Part shown: in pieces, positions 51,301 through 64,000 of the stretch
How positions within the stretch are numbered: the first letter of the stretch is position 1
Layout: every line of letters starts with the position of its first letter
Assembly (NCBI RefSeq): GCF_964204645.1
Contig: NC_134031.1
Span: 21,087,910 to 21,151,909 of the forward strand
DNA length: 64,000 nt
Direction of reading: 5' to 3'
From: Tubulanus polymorphus
Lineage: Eukaryota > Animalia > Nemertea
The notes under the pieces: generated by a model
The model's input: the letters and a program-made list of their open reading frames with translations, nothing else
What the model was told of the DNA's origin: nothing
Database searches by the model: none
Position numbers and translations under genes: made by a program

Positions 51301-54300
51301 TAGGCATCAATAATATGATCGGTCAGATACCTGCTCCACCATCCTGCCCACCTCCTATTCCACCTCCGCGACAAGTAAGAATTGAATCCTGTCATTGTCC
51401 ATCATCGGAGCACATTACTATATCCACGTATTAAATCCACTTTAATGTACACATCTAAGAAGTCTAAGAAGTTTGGAATTCCAACTTTTGGCAAATCTTT
51501 TATTCGACGACATTGATTGGAGTTCATGCAAACTAGCATCCATTGTTGGTATATTCGAAAAACTTATTTTTCACTTGTGAATTTTCGAAGATCGAGGACT
51601 TTGTCACTGCACTGATTTGATGAATGGTTTCACAGCTGTAACATTTAAAATCCTGTGATCCTGTGTTAGATTGTGTATGCTTGCATGCTTCATTGGAACT
51701 ACGGTCAAAAAATCTTTGTTGTTTCTTTGTTGTTCGATGGTCTACTCATTAGTAAGAGTGTCGACGTGTGTGTCGAATTAATTTTAGAGGGTTCACTGAT
51801 TTTGGAGAAACCTGTACCCGTTGTGTTATTGTTCAGCTTTTCTTGATGTCACAGTTATCTGTAAATATTAATCAGTAATTGAGAAATATCAAATACATAA
51901 AAAGCGGCAAAGTGAATTTGTTATGTAACTCAAAGAGCCGCGATCACATTTTTTGGGCTGTGCCAAGTTAAACTGGAAACAACTTTTCGCATGGGTGCCA
52001 AATTTGGCCCAACCAAAAACGTTGAACCAGGGCCTGATCTATGGCTATTTGGCACGGGCCAAATCTTCTCCGTGTGATCACGGCTTAAGAGATACTATTT
52101 AGTTTTTGAGTATTATGATACAGTATATTTGACTTTGTTCAGATTGCTCTGAGGTTTACTAATCCCGGGAGGTAATGGGTGCTTGAATAAATGTAGGTTA
52201 CTGTATTATAACAGAGTTAATAAATGAATTTATCTTCTATTTTAAACAGCCTCCTAGGAATGGCTATGTAAGAATTCCGGATCCACCGATGACGAGAGCC
52301 CCACAACCTCCATCGTACAACTCGATCGACCGACGCGGACTGAGACCTAGTCCTCAATCAAATCATTTCAACGGAAATTATCCATCAACGGGAAACGCGA
52401 TCATCAATCACGGTGGTCCGAGGTCGACATTAAACGATAAGAACCATCAATTTATTGTTCATCCTGGTAAGGCATACATGTTATCGATTCCTCGTTAGGT
52501 TCAAAAATAGAAAGCTCTGTTGCATATTTGTTTCATAAACTCAATGAATTAGATATACTGTGGAAGGCACCCTCCACCCCTGGCTACCTGTCTGTCTTAC
52601 TCGTCTATACATTGAATCTATCGGCATCTTCGTGCGCTGAGAATTTGGCTATACAGAGTTTACCCATATCTTGAAAAAAACCTTTTTATCCGCGTTTATT
52701 TGAGTTCTTACGTAGGATACCTTTTTCAGATGTGCATTATAACAATGTGGTGAACGTAGAAAGATCTCCGGGATGGGAAACTATTTTACCGAAAGATGAA
52801 AGCTCTACTGATCCATCTTCGAGATCGTCGACTCTACGAACGCGAACTAACAACAATATTACAAACAACGGCGAGTTTCACTCCAGTAACGACGACGCTA
52901 AACCCGTCCCGCTAAAACGACTAAACCCTACGACCACCCATTATAATGGAGACGCCAGCGATGAAACTGATTCTACTTCGTCGAAGTCGTCGACTTTATT
53001 CGAAGCTATGATCCAAAAACAGCAGCGAAAAATACTCCGATCTCCTACACCAGAATCGAATGAGAACAACACGCCGCGCGTCGTTATCCATCAACACAGT
53101 CCGACGTCTGCACCGGCGCCACCACCACCACCGCCACCGCCACCTGTACCACCACCGATCAGTGAAAGTCGCGGTAGTTCACCGGTATCGAGATCGAGTA
53201 GTAGTGTCTCGTCTAATTCGTCTCATAACGGACAAATTCAACGACCCGGTTCACCGTCACTTATTCAACGTCGTAGTGTAGCACAAGCTAGATCGATGTT
53301 TCAACAAAAAGGGTAAGAATTACTTTCTTCTTTATCTACTTATGATCAATTTTACTTGTAAAGAGAATTTTGGCCTACAGCTATACTCAATTGTAAATGA
53401 GTTTGATTTCATTTTCAGAGGTGCCGGTGATATAATCGCTGAGTTGAAGAATCGTAACATCGCTGCATCTTTACGTAAAACTAGCCAGCTGAATGACGCA
53501 GGCGGTGCGGTGATTTTCTCGAGTAGTAAAAAGATCTCATCACCTACCTCAACGATTCCTCCTCGACACGAGAATCTCTCCTCACCTAGAACTGTTGCTA
53601 CACCTCCTGTAAAACCTAAAGCTGAACAGCCTTCAGTACAAGTGAATGGGGTAAGAATTGTAACTGTTTAAATCATCATAAACCGTCAGTCATACACTTG
53701 TTGCATGTATCATTCAATCTGTACCCTTTAACACATATCATCCATCGATTCGATATCTTATTTCATAGGATTCGGACAACAATGGTGCTGCGCTGAATTT
53801 CAGCCCTGAAAATTTCATGGATGACGTTCCGAAAATGGATAAATCAGGTCGTGAGGTACCGCAATGGAGGCGATTAATGCTCGCGAGACAGCTAGCTGAA
53901 CGAGCTAAAACTGACCATGATATCAAACAGAAGGTTAGTGCATCGCCATTCAGATACTGTAGGTGAAACTCGATCCAAATTACCGTATGATAATCAAACC
54001 ATTTTCTTAAATATCTATTCAAGGATGACTTGTTCGATAATGTTTGGAATTAGTAGCCTAAAAATCCTGTTTGAATTGGAAATAAACTAATTTTCGCTGG
54101 GTGCAACATATTGTATTGTTGGACCATCTGTTGTGTGCCAGTACCCCATTCGGTTAACTAGAAATTTGAATTTGTTTAGACCAATTTGTGAACCAATAAC
54201 CAGTACATGCCACGCACCTCATACTCTTAAAATGAATAATGTAACCGGGGCCGAGTATTCAACTCCTTCAACTCCTTCAACTCCTAGAAATATTTGTTGA

Positions 54301-54953
54301 TCATTTGAATATTACTATTTTCAGAAACAGAAGGAGGAAGAAAGACTTTCTAAATTACCTCCATGGAAACGTGAAATGATACAACGTAAAGAGATGACCA
54401 TTGGGTTTGTAACATCTAGATCTATTTATATATTATATGTACATAGATCAGCAATGGTCATACGTATTACTGAAACTACTGAAGTGACCACATATTCTTC
54501 TGGGTTGCATTGAGTATGCGTCACAGCCCAACAGCCCAGCTAGCTTTTACTCAACTAATGTGTTATAGTTAAAGCTGGTCTATAGAATTGACCACTGAGC
54601 GTTAGTTGGAGCTCAGATGCGAGAGATAGAGGCTAGGGGGTAATAGTGTAATGGGGGTACCATTGATCACAATCGACGTGGATGTTGGGGGTATTTTAAC
54701 TCATTATTATGTTTAGAGCCTTTAATTAAATTTTATTGTTTTCAAATTCAGAGGTCCTGTAGATAAATCTGACATCCAATCAGATGCGAGCGACAGTTCG
54801 ACACTTTCGTCGCCTGAAAAACCGATCGCTGTGGTTCCCCCGAAACCAAACCCGAAACCAAATCCGAAACCAAAAATCAGCAGTTCCGATGACGATCACA
54901 AACTTTCACCGTGGCAACAAGAGTTACAAAACCGGAAGATGAGAGTTCAGTAA
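45337..54953 (+). CDS. ESPN: Espin/forked-like actin-bundling protein (ankyrin repeats, Pro-rich regions, WH2, actin-bundling module), 11 coding exons, about 997 aa
   Basis: Exons 45337-45848, 47885-48071, 48481-48663, 50304-50441, 50880-51374, 52250-52466, 52730-53312, 53419-53650, 53769-53933, 54325-54404, 54752-54953; all GT-AG and in phase. Ankyrin motifs GATPAHDA, GATCLHLAARFGH, GAIPLHFAAAKGD. WH2 DIIAELKNRNIAASLRKT. ABM DKSGREVPQWRRLML...EEERLSKLPPWKREMI resembles espin DEQGRPIPEWKRQVM...EARLASMPAWRRDLL. Confidence 0.9.
49441..49629. repeat. 20-bp GC-rich tandem repeat (TGCGCTCAGGGTGCCAGTGC), about 9.5 copies, in an espin intron
   Basis: Directly visible; two unit variants (CCAG/CTTG). 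Confidence 0.95.
51936..52085. mobile_element. MITE with AGCCG(C/T)GATCACA TIRs in an espin intron
   Basis: AGCCGCGATCACA ... TGTGATCACGGCT. Related pieces at about 500-585, 13660-13682 and 18861-18890. Confidence 0.65.
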
Positions 54954-54985
54954 AGTTGCTGATCTCTTCTGTACTTACCATTGTA

Positions 54986-55128
54986 TAGTTAAACCAGCTT
55001 AATTCAGATGAGTTTAATCCGGATTTAGATCTAATCGATCCGTACATGTTAGATACACCGTTAAGGTTTCTCATAAACCTGATGAATTTCGTCAGTCTCA
55101 AATGATCTGAATGAAGCAGGTTCTACTG
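54986..55128. mobile_element. TA-flanked MITE (19476 family, inverted) just after the espin stop codon
   Basis: TAGTTAAACCAGCTTAATTCA ... TGAATGAAGCAGGTTCTACTG|TA. Internal GGTTTCTCATAAACC is the reverse complement of the 19476 copy's GGTTTATGAGAAACC. Confidence 0.65.
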
Positions 55129-58100
55129 TAGAATGTTCTCTCAAAATCATGTCACATATTCTGATGTAGAATTTATGAAATTATTATTCGTCCTGTGATA
55201 TAAAGTCGATGATGTACGGACCCAAGTAAGATTTTGCTTTGAATGATTATAGATGTAGGCCTTGTATTATCTCAGCAAATATTATATATATTCATTGAAT
55301 ATAAAAATAATGGATAAATTTCATTAATTGCCGGGTAATCATTAGAAATAGTTCTATTATCTCAAATTATTCTGTGCCCTGAAAAAATGCTAAAAATTCT
55401 CTCTGAAAAGGCAAACTCTAATTCTTATTCTCCAACTTTTTCCCAGAATTAGGTACACGTGTAACTTTTTGATGATAGTAATTGAACTGGGCAAGACATT
55501 TTCTTCGTTTATTTTATGCCATATTGAAAATTTCTTTAAAACCATTGAATGATGATTACAAAAATACTTTACAAAAATGTATAGATATTTCCAGCCAATA
55601 CTCAAAATCATTCCATATTTTATCGATATATTTATACACTGTAGATATACACTGTAGAGATACAATGTATTATTACAATGTATTAGTTTGAATATTTGCA
55701 TTAAATGTATTTTTATATGTATACATCTGAATATTTATGTGATGGTGGCCATATACGATTCAGTGTTAAAAAGGGCAAGAAAGTTTGTTCTAATTGGTGA
55801 TTATACATTCCTATTACCCCAGTATATGGAATACTCCAGTATTTATTGTTCAAGAATCTATTTCAAAGATAAAAGATCTAAGGTCACTCTGTAGGATTTA
55901 AGAAGAGAATCTCTTGATTATACAATCGAATCCACAAACCTCAGAATAATGCTTGCTCAGATACTTACCAGGCGCCTGAACAATACTTTTGCCGATGATG
56001 AAGAAGTTTTTTCTGACTTTCTGACAAGTGAAATTCTGAGGTATGCCGACCTACAGTAGGACGGTGCAGATATCTGCTTGAGATGAGAAGATTATGAATC
56101 GTGTTGAGACATGATTCGGGAATCCTCTGATTGAAAGATTTCTCAGTTACAAACTGTATCGTGCAGTGCAATATGTTTGTGCAGTCACCTCAAGTAGCCT
56201 TGATTAGTATCTATGACATTCCATTATAAACAGATCTGTGGTATTTATTTATCTTTCTGAAAACGATATAAAAGTGAAAAGCATTTCTTATAGAAAGTTT
56301 GAAAAGCAGAGATTAAGCTGTTCTCTAGATTGGCTGTTGCGCATATTATAGAACAAAAATAAGCTCAATTTATCATTTTATCGACCAGGATAGTCGTAGT
56401 TACACTGTAAACCATGTGTATCTCACAAAATATCACCCATTTTTAGCCCACGGAAATTCTCTACCATCCAAGGTGCTGTGATTTAGATTGTTCTATTGTA
56501 ACTGACATATCAGTAGTTGTGAATAGTTATTCATTGCATTTGATTTGCGAAAGTGTTCATGTCTCTGTCTTGTTTTAGATTTGATGATTAAATCGGTTGA
56601 ATTGAATTTTCAGTCAGGTTTGTAATTTTACAAACCCTGACCACATCTTTTTTCGACACGTTTGATTTTATGAAATCATCGTTTGCTGGATATTTGGAAA
56701 ATTATTGTTGTCCAATCTTGTGCTAGTGTCATTGTATATTTGAACTAATAATGTAATATTTTATTTGATTGATATGTATAATTTTTGCACATAACTTGCA
56801 TGTACGACTCATTCATTATGTATTAGTTGCATTTACACAAATATGTACGAAGGAATACTCTATATATAAACTAACATGTACAGCATCGAAGCACATTCTA
56901 CTGAACCTGGGCTAAAAATACTTGACTGATTTTATGGGCTGTTCGCTTTCCTTAAAATGCTGACCTTTTTGAAACGGTGCTTGAATTTTTTAGCCTTTGG
57001 TTCCGCCAAAATGTTTTATTACTCTTTGATCCAATACTAATTCGCAGATTACTGGTATATGAGAATTTGGATCCTACATTTCACCAAGTTTTTGTAAATA
57101 AAAGACAAAAAAGTATTGCTGGAACGCGTTCGTAAGAATGAACGTTTGACTAAGAACAAGTAGAAACTATTATCTTATTCATCAACGTGCATCTACATTG
57201 GATATTTATGTTTTTATGTTTGACCAGTTGTCTCAATTTTATTGAAGAAACTCTTAACTACATACATTGTATAACCACTCTACTTTGTTTAAGCAATACA
57301 CATATTTAGTACCAGATAGGCCTATCTATAATGTAGTCTCTGTGAGATCAGCCAAATCTGAGATAATGAAATATTTCCATTCTTAATAATAAGCCATTTT
57401 GCCAAGTATTTTGTGCACTTTAATAAGTTCAATGTTTGAAAATTTCGGTTAAGAAAACTAAGAGATGATCTCAGAGATTCTTGTCTAGGTAGCTGGTGCC
57501 CTTGCTTTAGGATTAATCTTTTGCCCAAGTTTGGTCATGATGAAACTACGGTACCGGTACTGAACAATGGTCTAAATACCAGATGATGTAAGGGTAACTC
57601 CCGTACAGGTTGTTTGAGAATGATGGCTAGATTAATACTGAATGGAATGTATACCATTCAGTATCATAATCATTTACGTTTGTTCTGTATTGAATTTGAA
57701 GAAAAGAGCCAAAGGTCCAACCATTCTTTTTTTTGTGAAAATGAACCACAGACAGGTTACTGGATATGTCCCTTTTCTCAGAAACCACCAGTCCTTTGGC
57801 TCTGACCGTGTAATGTTACTAACTTGTTGACTTTTTAGAGACCGGTCTACGAGTACATCTTATCGGTGCATATTTGATATTAATGCATGTTGTGGTCAAA
57901 CTATTTATTTTGCGGTATTTATGATATAGACTATACCGCCCAAAGACTGTTATTTGTTTGAAAAATTGTTGACAGAAAAATATTGGAAGAATAAAATTAT
58001 ATGTCTTGTTATGAAAATTATCTTTTTCCGCAAAAGATTCCATGGAATTTATTTGCTTCCTTAAAATTGTCATTACAGGAGAGTTTCTTCCTCCTCTTTA

Positions 58101-58325
58101 CTTGGTTACGGTACATTGAATGTGGGATCCATTCTGACAAAGGAATGCTGCGGTATTTCTGAATAGCACAATCTCACAATATTTGCGATCCTTCCAAGTC
58201 TATTCCCAATCTAAGGATATTATGTGCGGTTCTATTAATTTGCGATTCTATGATTTCAGAAAGCTATCCTACGATTCTACAATTATATGAATTGAGTATC
58301 ATTTACTTAAAATGCGAAACGAATG

Positions 58326-58676
58326 AATAAACGCAGTAACCCTAGTGTTGGCCTGTTAATAAACGCAGAAACCCTAGTGTTGCCCTGGTGAATAAACGTA
58401 GAAACCCTAGTGTTGGCCGGGAAATAAACGCAGAAACCCTAGTTTTGGCCTGAAAATAAACGCAGAAACCCTAGTATTGGCCTGGAAATAAACGTAGAAA
58501 CCCTAGTGTTGGCCTGGAAATAAACGTAGAAACCCTAGTGTTGGCCTGGAAATAAACGCAGTAACCCTAGTGTTGGCCTGGAAATAAACGTAGAAACCCT
58601 AGTGTTGCCCTAGTGAATAAACGTAGAAACCCTAGTGTTGGCCTGGAAATAAACGCGGAAACCCTAGTGTTGGCCT
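58326..58676. repeat. About 32-bp tandem repeat (AATAAACGYAGAAACCCTAGTGTTGGCCTGGA), about 11 copies
   Basis: Directly visible, upstream of the TRAF gene. Confidence 0.95.
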
Positions 58677-59222
58677 GCTGTATGAACGCAGCTGTAGCGA
58701 CCCATCCGCCACCTATCAGATTATCCGGTTATTAAAATAATCAATCTGAATGAAGTTGTGGGCCTTTTTCGTGGCACTGGAACGCAGCTTTCCTAAAGCC
58801 CATATACCGTACATCAATTTAGCACTTTAAGTGTTAAAATATAATTCAATCGAGAAAAAAATCCAATAATTTTGAACAAATTATCATAATTATCCAAAAA
58901 ACCCGCAAACCCATTGATATCGTGGGGTTCGAACCCACCCCGTATATTAAAAATATACATTTTGGATTTCCCCACTGGAATGTTCGTCTCAAAAGACTTT
59001 CACATTTGAGTCAAGTCACGAATCAGGTTTGTTTTTAGGCTTTTTCTCGAAATTCCGTGTCTGTGTTTCGACTAACTCCTTAAAGCAGAATCGCTACTGA
59101 TGATAGACACAAATTGAAATGGAACAATTCGCAGTTCTTAGTGTGAATGAGTTCCATCTAATAAACTGATGATCGGCTTGCGGTGATTGAGAGGAGGACT
59201 GAGGAGGGTGGTTACTATAGTT

Positions 59223-59336
59223 AGTTACCTAATCGTTGGTGGTGAGCTTTTTATAATCGGATGGGCTAACCCTGGGCTTATATGATGTGGTTTGTGAAAA
59301 TATCCGATTGTGAAACTAAACCACAGTCAGGTTACT
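59223..59336. mobile_element. Small dispersed MITE-like repeat, copy 2
   Basis: Homologous to 41590-41699. Confidence 0.7.
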
Positions 59337-59337
59337 G

Positions 59338-59887
59338 ACTAATGTCTATTTATTAATTGATGAGACCTGTTTTTCTGGGATATTTTGCTTACTTTTTGGG
59401 GTACATACCTCATTTATGTCTTAACAGAATGCCAAAAATCGCGGACAACAACTGAATATCCGATATATTTCCAGTTCTGTACCAATTAGATGGATTGGCA
59501 AAAAGACTCCTTAAGTCCAATTGAATGAGAGAGAAAATCCTCCATTTTGTCAAATTTCTTGGATTTGAACATTGTTACCATGCCTACGCCACCCTGATTT
59601 AGTTGTTGAGACCCCACAAGAAAAATAACTTCATTTCGTAGGCATGGTGACAATGTAAAAATTCAAGAAATTTCACAAAATGGAGGATTTTCTCTCTCAT
59701 TCAATTGGACTTAAGGAGTCTTTTTGCCAATGCATCTAATTGGTACAGAACTGGAAATATATCGGATATTCAGTTGTTGTCCGCGATTTTTGGCATTCTG
59801 TTAAGACATAAATGAGGTATGTATCCCAAAAAGTAAGCAAAATATCCCAGAAAAACAGGTCTCATCCATTAATAAATAGACATTAGT
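59338..59887. mobile_element. Near-perfect foldback element: 251-bp inverted arms with a 48-bp spacer
   Basis: Arm 59338-59588 is the reverse complement of 59637-59887 with only scattered mismatches; termini ACTAATGTCTATTT and AAATAGACATTAGT. Confidence 0.92.
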
Positions 59888-59970
59888 AGGTGGTTACCAG
59901 GATGATGATAATGATGATGATGATAAAACTGCATAGGCTTACTGTCTTAATCTTATTATTTTGAAGACTG

Positions 59971-62900
59971 ATGGAGAGCAGTATAGCCAGCAGTATGGGT
60001 AGTAGCAGCGTTGAACCAACCGTTGTAAGACGTGCCGGGTATACACTGAGTATATTTGTCGAGCCTGTGCAAGAGAAATATCTATGTGGTTATTGTGGAT
60101 TAGTTCTACGCGACCCGATGCAGAATAATTGTGGCCATAGATTTTGTAAAAGCTGCGTTAAACAATTAGAATTGTAAGTTCATTCAAATTTTACCCGTCT
60201 AATCCACAACTTGTTATTCAAATTTTTCCGAACCGATAATTGATTAACCTCGCTACTAAAGCTTGATCTGCGAATTCAAGGTGAAGGAGGTGAATAAAAT
60301 CAGAGAGGTGGCCGACCACCTTAGGCCAGTTGCTCGAAACAGTTGATATAGTCTAGTACCTAGCCGTCGTTCCACAAACAACAGGTTGTAGGTACAACCC
60401 TACATCACAATTGATAGAACACTATATCCGTGTTGACGCGATGTAGAGAGAATCCCACAATTATAACGAAAAAGTCCGAAAATGAAACTTCGAGATAGTA
60501 GTTTATTTCAACATTTCAACCTTGTACAACCCTACGGGTTATAGGGAACTGGTAACAACGACTGGTATTCAGACTATTGATAAGAATTAATTATTGGATA
60601 TTGGCACAATCTCAGCTATCATCTGATCAACTTTTTCACGTTTTGACTACTTCCAACCTGGTCAAATTTTGTACCAAACGAAATCCCTGCTCCCCATTTA
60701 TTTCCATGATTTCCCCCAGATGACGTGTACATGATATTCAACGTGATTTATCTCCACATCAAATATAGCCTTCCCACCATTGTTATGCTGTCATTTGACT
60801 TCATCAAACTTTTTCAATTAAATTTTTCTCCACAGTTTATACAACAGGGGTGAAGCAGTGAAATGTCAACTGTGTTTGGATGAAGGATCATCGGATGAGG
60901 AAGCCACTTTTAAACCTGATCAGGTACATTAGCAGAGAACACATCTATAAATCTATGAATGTATACGATGGAAAAACCCTTCGAGTTAAATATATAACAT
61001 GGTCTTTCACTTATTGCTCAAGTGGGTTAATTATCATTTGTATAATATTTATTATTAGATTTCAATAAATACATGTTTCTATCTTTTGTTCGCAGACTTA
61101 CGCCGACCGGGCTGTTTTTAAGGAGATCAGCAAGAAAATGGTTACTTGCTCAAATGAGGGATGTACTTTCAAAAGTTCATTAAAAGATTACGTGGTAAAT
61201 ATTATTGATTAGACCAATCAATCACAAGAGGTGCAGTCATCCTCCGACGTGTGGCCTTCTGGTATATATGGTACATGGTTTCGAAACCTAGAGGTGACAG
61301 AGATTCTTCTTTGGTTTCTTTCCCATCAAGGGTGAAATATAAACTTAGAAACCTTATTTTGAAACAGATACGTGAACAGAATCGTAAAGGTTCAGAAAAA
61401 TCGATAGGTAGAATATTATTAAAAGTAACTGTCGTTGTATTTTAGAAACATGAAGATGAATGTGCGTATATGTTGATAGCGTGTCCGTTAGGTTGTGGCA
61501 TGAAGATAAATCCATCTAAAGTTGAGGATCACATAACAACTGAATGCAATAAGAATATGACTGTCTGTCAGTATTGTGATCAAGAACTAATCGGTCAAAC
61601 TTGGGAGGTGAGTAGATTAACAGAATTCTGTCTAGTGATCAGTAATGTAAGTTCCCTACAGCTTAGCAATTGGAAAACGGGAGGACCACAGATTCGTCTA
61701 CGGAATAACTGAAAATACGCATTATGGAGTACAAATAATCTTTTCCAGAGTCACATGGGTACATGCCTGAAATATCCACTCGAATGTGAATTTTGTCATA
61801 AAACTGGTATTCCTAGGGATATAGTAAGTACAAATTGATAATTGCCGACTGCCGATTACTAGGGAAATTTTAGTTTTGAACGCAATTGTTATAATTATTA
61901 ATCGTTGTAGATGATGGATCATCAGGATAGACACTGTGATTCTCCACAGAGAACCTGTCCACTCGGTTGTCATGAGTCTGTAAGTATATGTATATTAGTA
62001 TTTATTGAACATGGTTCTTTGCTGTCTCTGGAAGGTGTAGAGTGGCCTTGCAGGAGCTGGCACATTGAACGATAAGTTCAAAATGCACCCTATAAGAACA
62101 TTAATGTTATTTTGTGGAAAACTTAGGTCCAATTTAATTAGAAAACTGTTCCAGTTATTTATATGTATTTTATTTTTGTAGATTCGTCGCGAGGAATTAG
62201 ACTCACATATCACAGGTGATTTGAGTGGTCACCTCAGTGCTCTGTCCCGCAGAATATCCAATCTCGAGTTGTTCAACCAGACATCCGGTCCGATGACTAG
62301 TCTTCCGGCAAACGTTGAATTACAGACAAGATTTCAACATATGGATGGAATGTTGAACTCGATTAAGGAGGAGGTTATACGACATGCGTCAGAGATCGAC
62401 GCGATCGGTTCCGTTAAAGCCGAGTTGATACGCCGTCTGCCGTGTTTAGAAGAGCAGTTGAAAATTCTGGAGAACGTCGTCGTAACGTTGAAGGGGCAGA
62501 TCGGCGCGTACGAGGAATTCTCTCAGGAGATTCTTAATCGCTACTTACAAGCTCAGAAAGACAAAGACAGCCTCGAACAAAAGATGGCGTCGCTAGGCCG
62601 CACGTTGGCTTTGAAAGATGTCGCGTTAGCCGAACAGGAGTTGCGCATCAAGGCCCTCGAAAACACGAGCTACGACGGAACGTTGATTTGGAAGATAACG
62701 GAATTCTCGAAGAAACTTTCCGACGCTCAGAGCGGACGAGTGATTAGTTTCTATTCGCCATGTTTTTACACGAGTAGAAACGGTTATAAGATGTGCTCGC
62801 GTATTTATCCGAGCGGCGACGGTATGGGAAAATCATCGCATGTTTCGTTGTTTTTCGTATTAATGCGAGGAAATAATGACGCGTTGTTACCTTGGCCCTT

Positions 62901-63144
62901 CAAACAGAAGGTCACGTTCATGTTGCTCGATCAAGGTCACCGCGAACACATCCTGGACGCGTTCAATCCCGACCAGAACAGCCCGTCGTTTCAGCGACCG
63001 GTCTCCGAGATGAATATCGCGTCCGGTTGTCCGTTATTTATTCCGATTAATCACCTGTTGCAGACGTCTGACAATGAGTACGTTAAAGACGATACAATTT
63101 TCATAAAAATAATCGTGGATTGCTCCGATTTAAACAATCTATAG
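59971..63144 (+). CDS. TRAF2: TNF receptor-associated factor 2/3-like (RING, TRAF zinc fingers, coiled coil, MATH), 7 coding exons, 552 aa
   Basis: Exons 59971-60173, 60836-60923, 61096-61194, 61446-61607, 61749-61823, 61911-61979, 62182-63144, in phase (1659 nt). RING KYLCGYCGLVLRDPMQNNCGHRFCKSC. MATH SYDGTLIWKI...FYTSRNGYKMC...DALLPWPFKQKVTFMLLDQ...MNIASGCPLF. Closest by eye to TRAF2; exact orthology needs a tree. Confidence 0.92.
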
Positions 63145-63477
63145 AATTGATTAGTGTTTAATTGATTTGATACGTGGACTGCTGAGCCTGAGTAATCATA
63201 AGATTGATGTCTTTTACATGAGGGATCATATGTACACATTAGGGGAGAGGTCAGTGCAATTGCGTACTGTAATGCTTAATGTATATGAAAAAATGGCCGA
63301 TTTTGCGTACAGAGGGGGAGGGGAATTGAAAAATTCAAATTTCATCCGTACATAATAAATGAATGATCCCTGATGGGATTGTGGTTTCAGAGGAATGGAA
63401 CAAAATGTCATTGATATTGTTTCATGTTCTGCTTTAGTGATTGAATGCATTCATGATATGAATATTCAGCATTAGTT

Positions 63478-63780
63478 TATGAACTGTATGTCCGATGTAT
63501 AATATATCCGGACCGTATCTCCGTGGTATAATATATCCGGACTGTATGTCCGTGGTATAATATATGAACTGTATCTCCGTGGTATAATATATGAACTGTA
63601 TGTCCGTGGTATAATATATCCGGACTGTATCTCCGTGGTATAATATATGAACTGTATCTCCGTGGTATAATATATGAACTGTATGTCCGTGGTATAATAT
63701 ATGAACCGTATCTCCGTGGTATAATATATGAACTGTATGTCCGTGGTATAATATATCCGGACTGTATATCTGTGGTATAT
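63478..63780. repeat. 27-29-bp tandem repeat (ATATGAACTGTATSTCCGTGGTATAAT), about 11 copies
   Basis: Directly visible; explains ORF 63477-63878. Confidence 0.9.
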
Positions 63781-64000
63781 TGTTTTAAATTAAAAGATTT
63801 AGCACACACAGATTTTCTCATTATTAGTGAGATTTTCCAGCAGTCGTCTTGGACTGGGATACTTGTGTATAATAACACTACCGGTACTCAGTGCTGCCAT
63901 CTATTGTCATTGCTTCAACTTAAATAAACTAAAATGTTAAATATATATACGTTTGTAGAAATCTTTTTCGAAGGCATTTCGTGGTTCTGAAATGTATTTT

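Noticed and set aside
50870-51310. 146-aa antisense ORF (and 53738-54022, 48223-48561)
   Set aside because: Shadows of espin coding exons.
58921-58941. B-box-like GGTTCGAACCC palindromes here and at about 38508
   Set aside because: Isolated fragments with no matching A box or tRNA fold.
63477-63878. 133-aa ORF with YIIPR repeats (and 49432-49669, 36659-36956)
   Set aside because: Translations of tandem repeats.

Overview
AT-rich animal (invertebrate) genomic DNA with spliceosomal genes, so the ORF track only shows exon fragments. I assembled these gene models by hand from GT-AG junctions with consistent reading frames: a cation-dependent mannose-6-phosphate receptor (M6PR/MPR46, minus, 21224-26543), a short tandem-CCCH ZAP/PARP12-like protein (minus, 37695-38995), a C2H2 zinc-finger gene (41336-43698), espin/forked-like (45337-54953) and a TRAF2-like adaptor (59971-63144). 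tRNA-Ala(TGC) lies at 40739-40810. The most striking item is missed by the ORF track: four small prepropeptide genes at 28.1-36.6 kb, arranged as a duplicated head-to-head pair (-,+,-,+). Each encodes a signal peptide, a short propart ending KR/RR, and a 38-aa six-Cys mature peptide (GVPCFCPGRFGLGQGTYWLIGGPSSNCCSWGIGKCCKN x2; GIGCTCASNGKRGTWWVIGGPDHNCCHGSGLAIGRCCW; GIGCTCGSNGKRGTWWLIGGPSHNCCKGSGLAIGKCCW). These resemble sea-anemone beta-defensin-fold neurotoxins (ATX-II/anthopleurin, APETx/BDS) but have a rearranged CxC..CC..CC framework. The plus-strand copies carry triple ATGCAAAT promoter motifs. The first 20 kb has no recognisable protein domain: minisatellites, a SINE, MITEs and candidate alternative first exons. 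The host species cannot be determined from the sequence alone.
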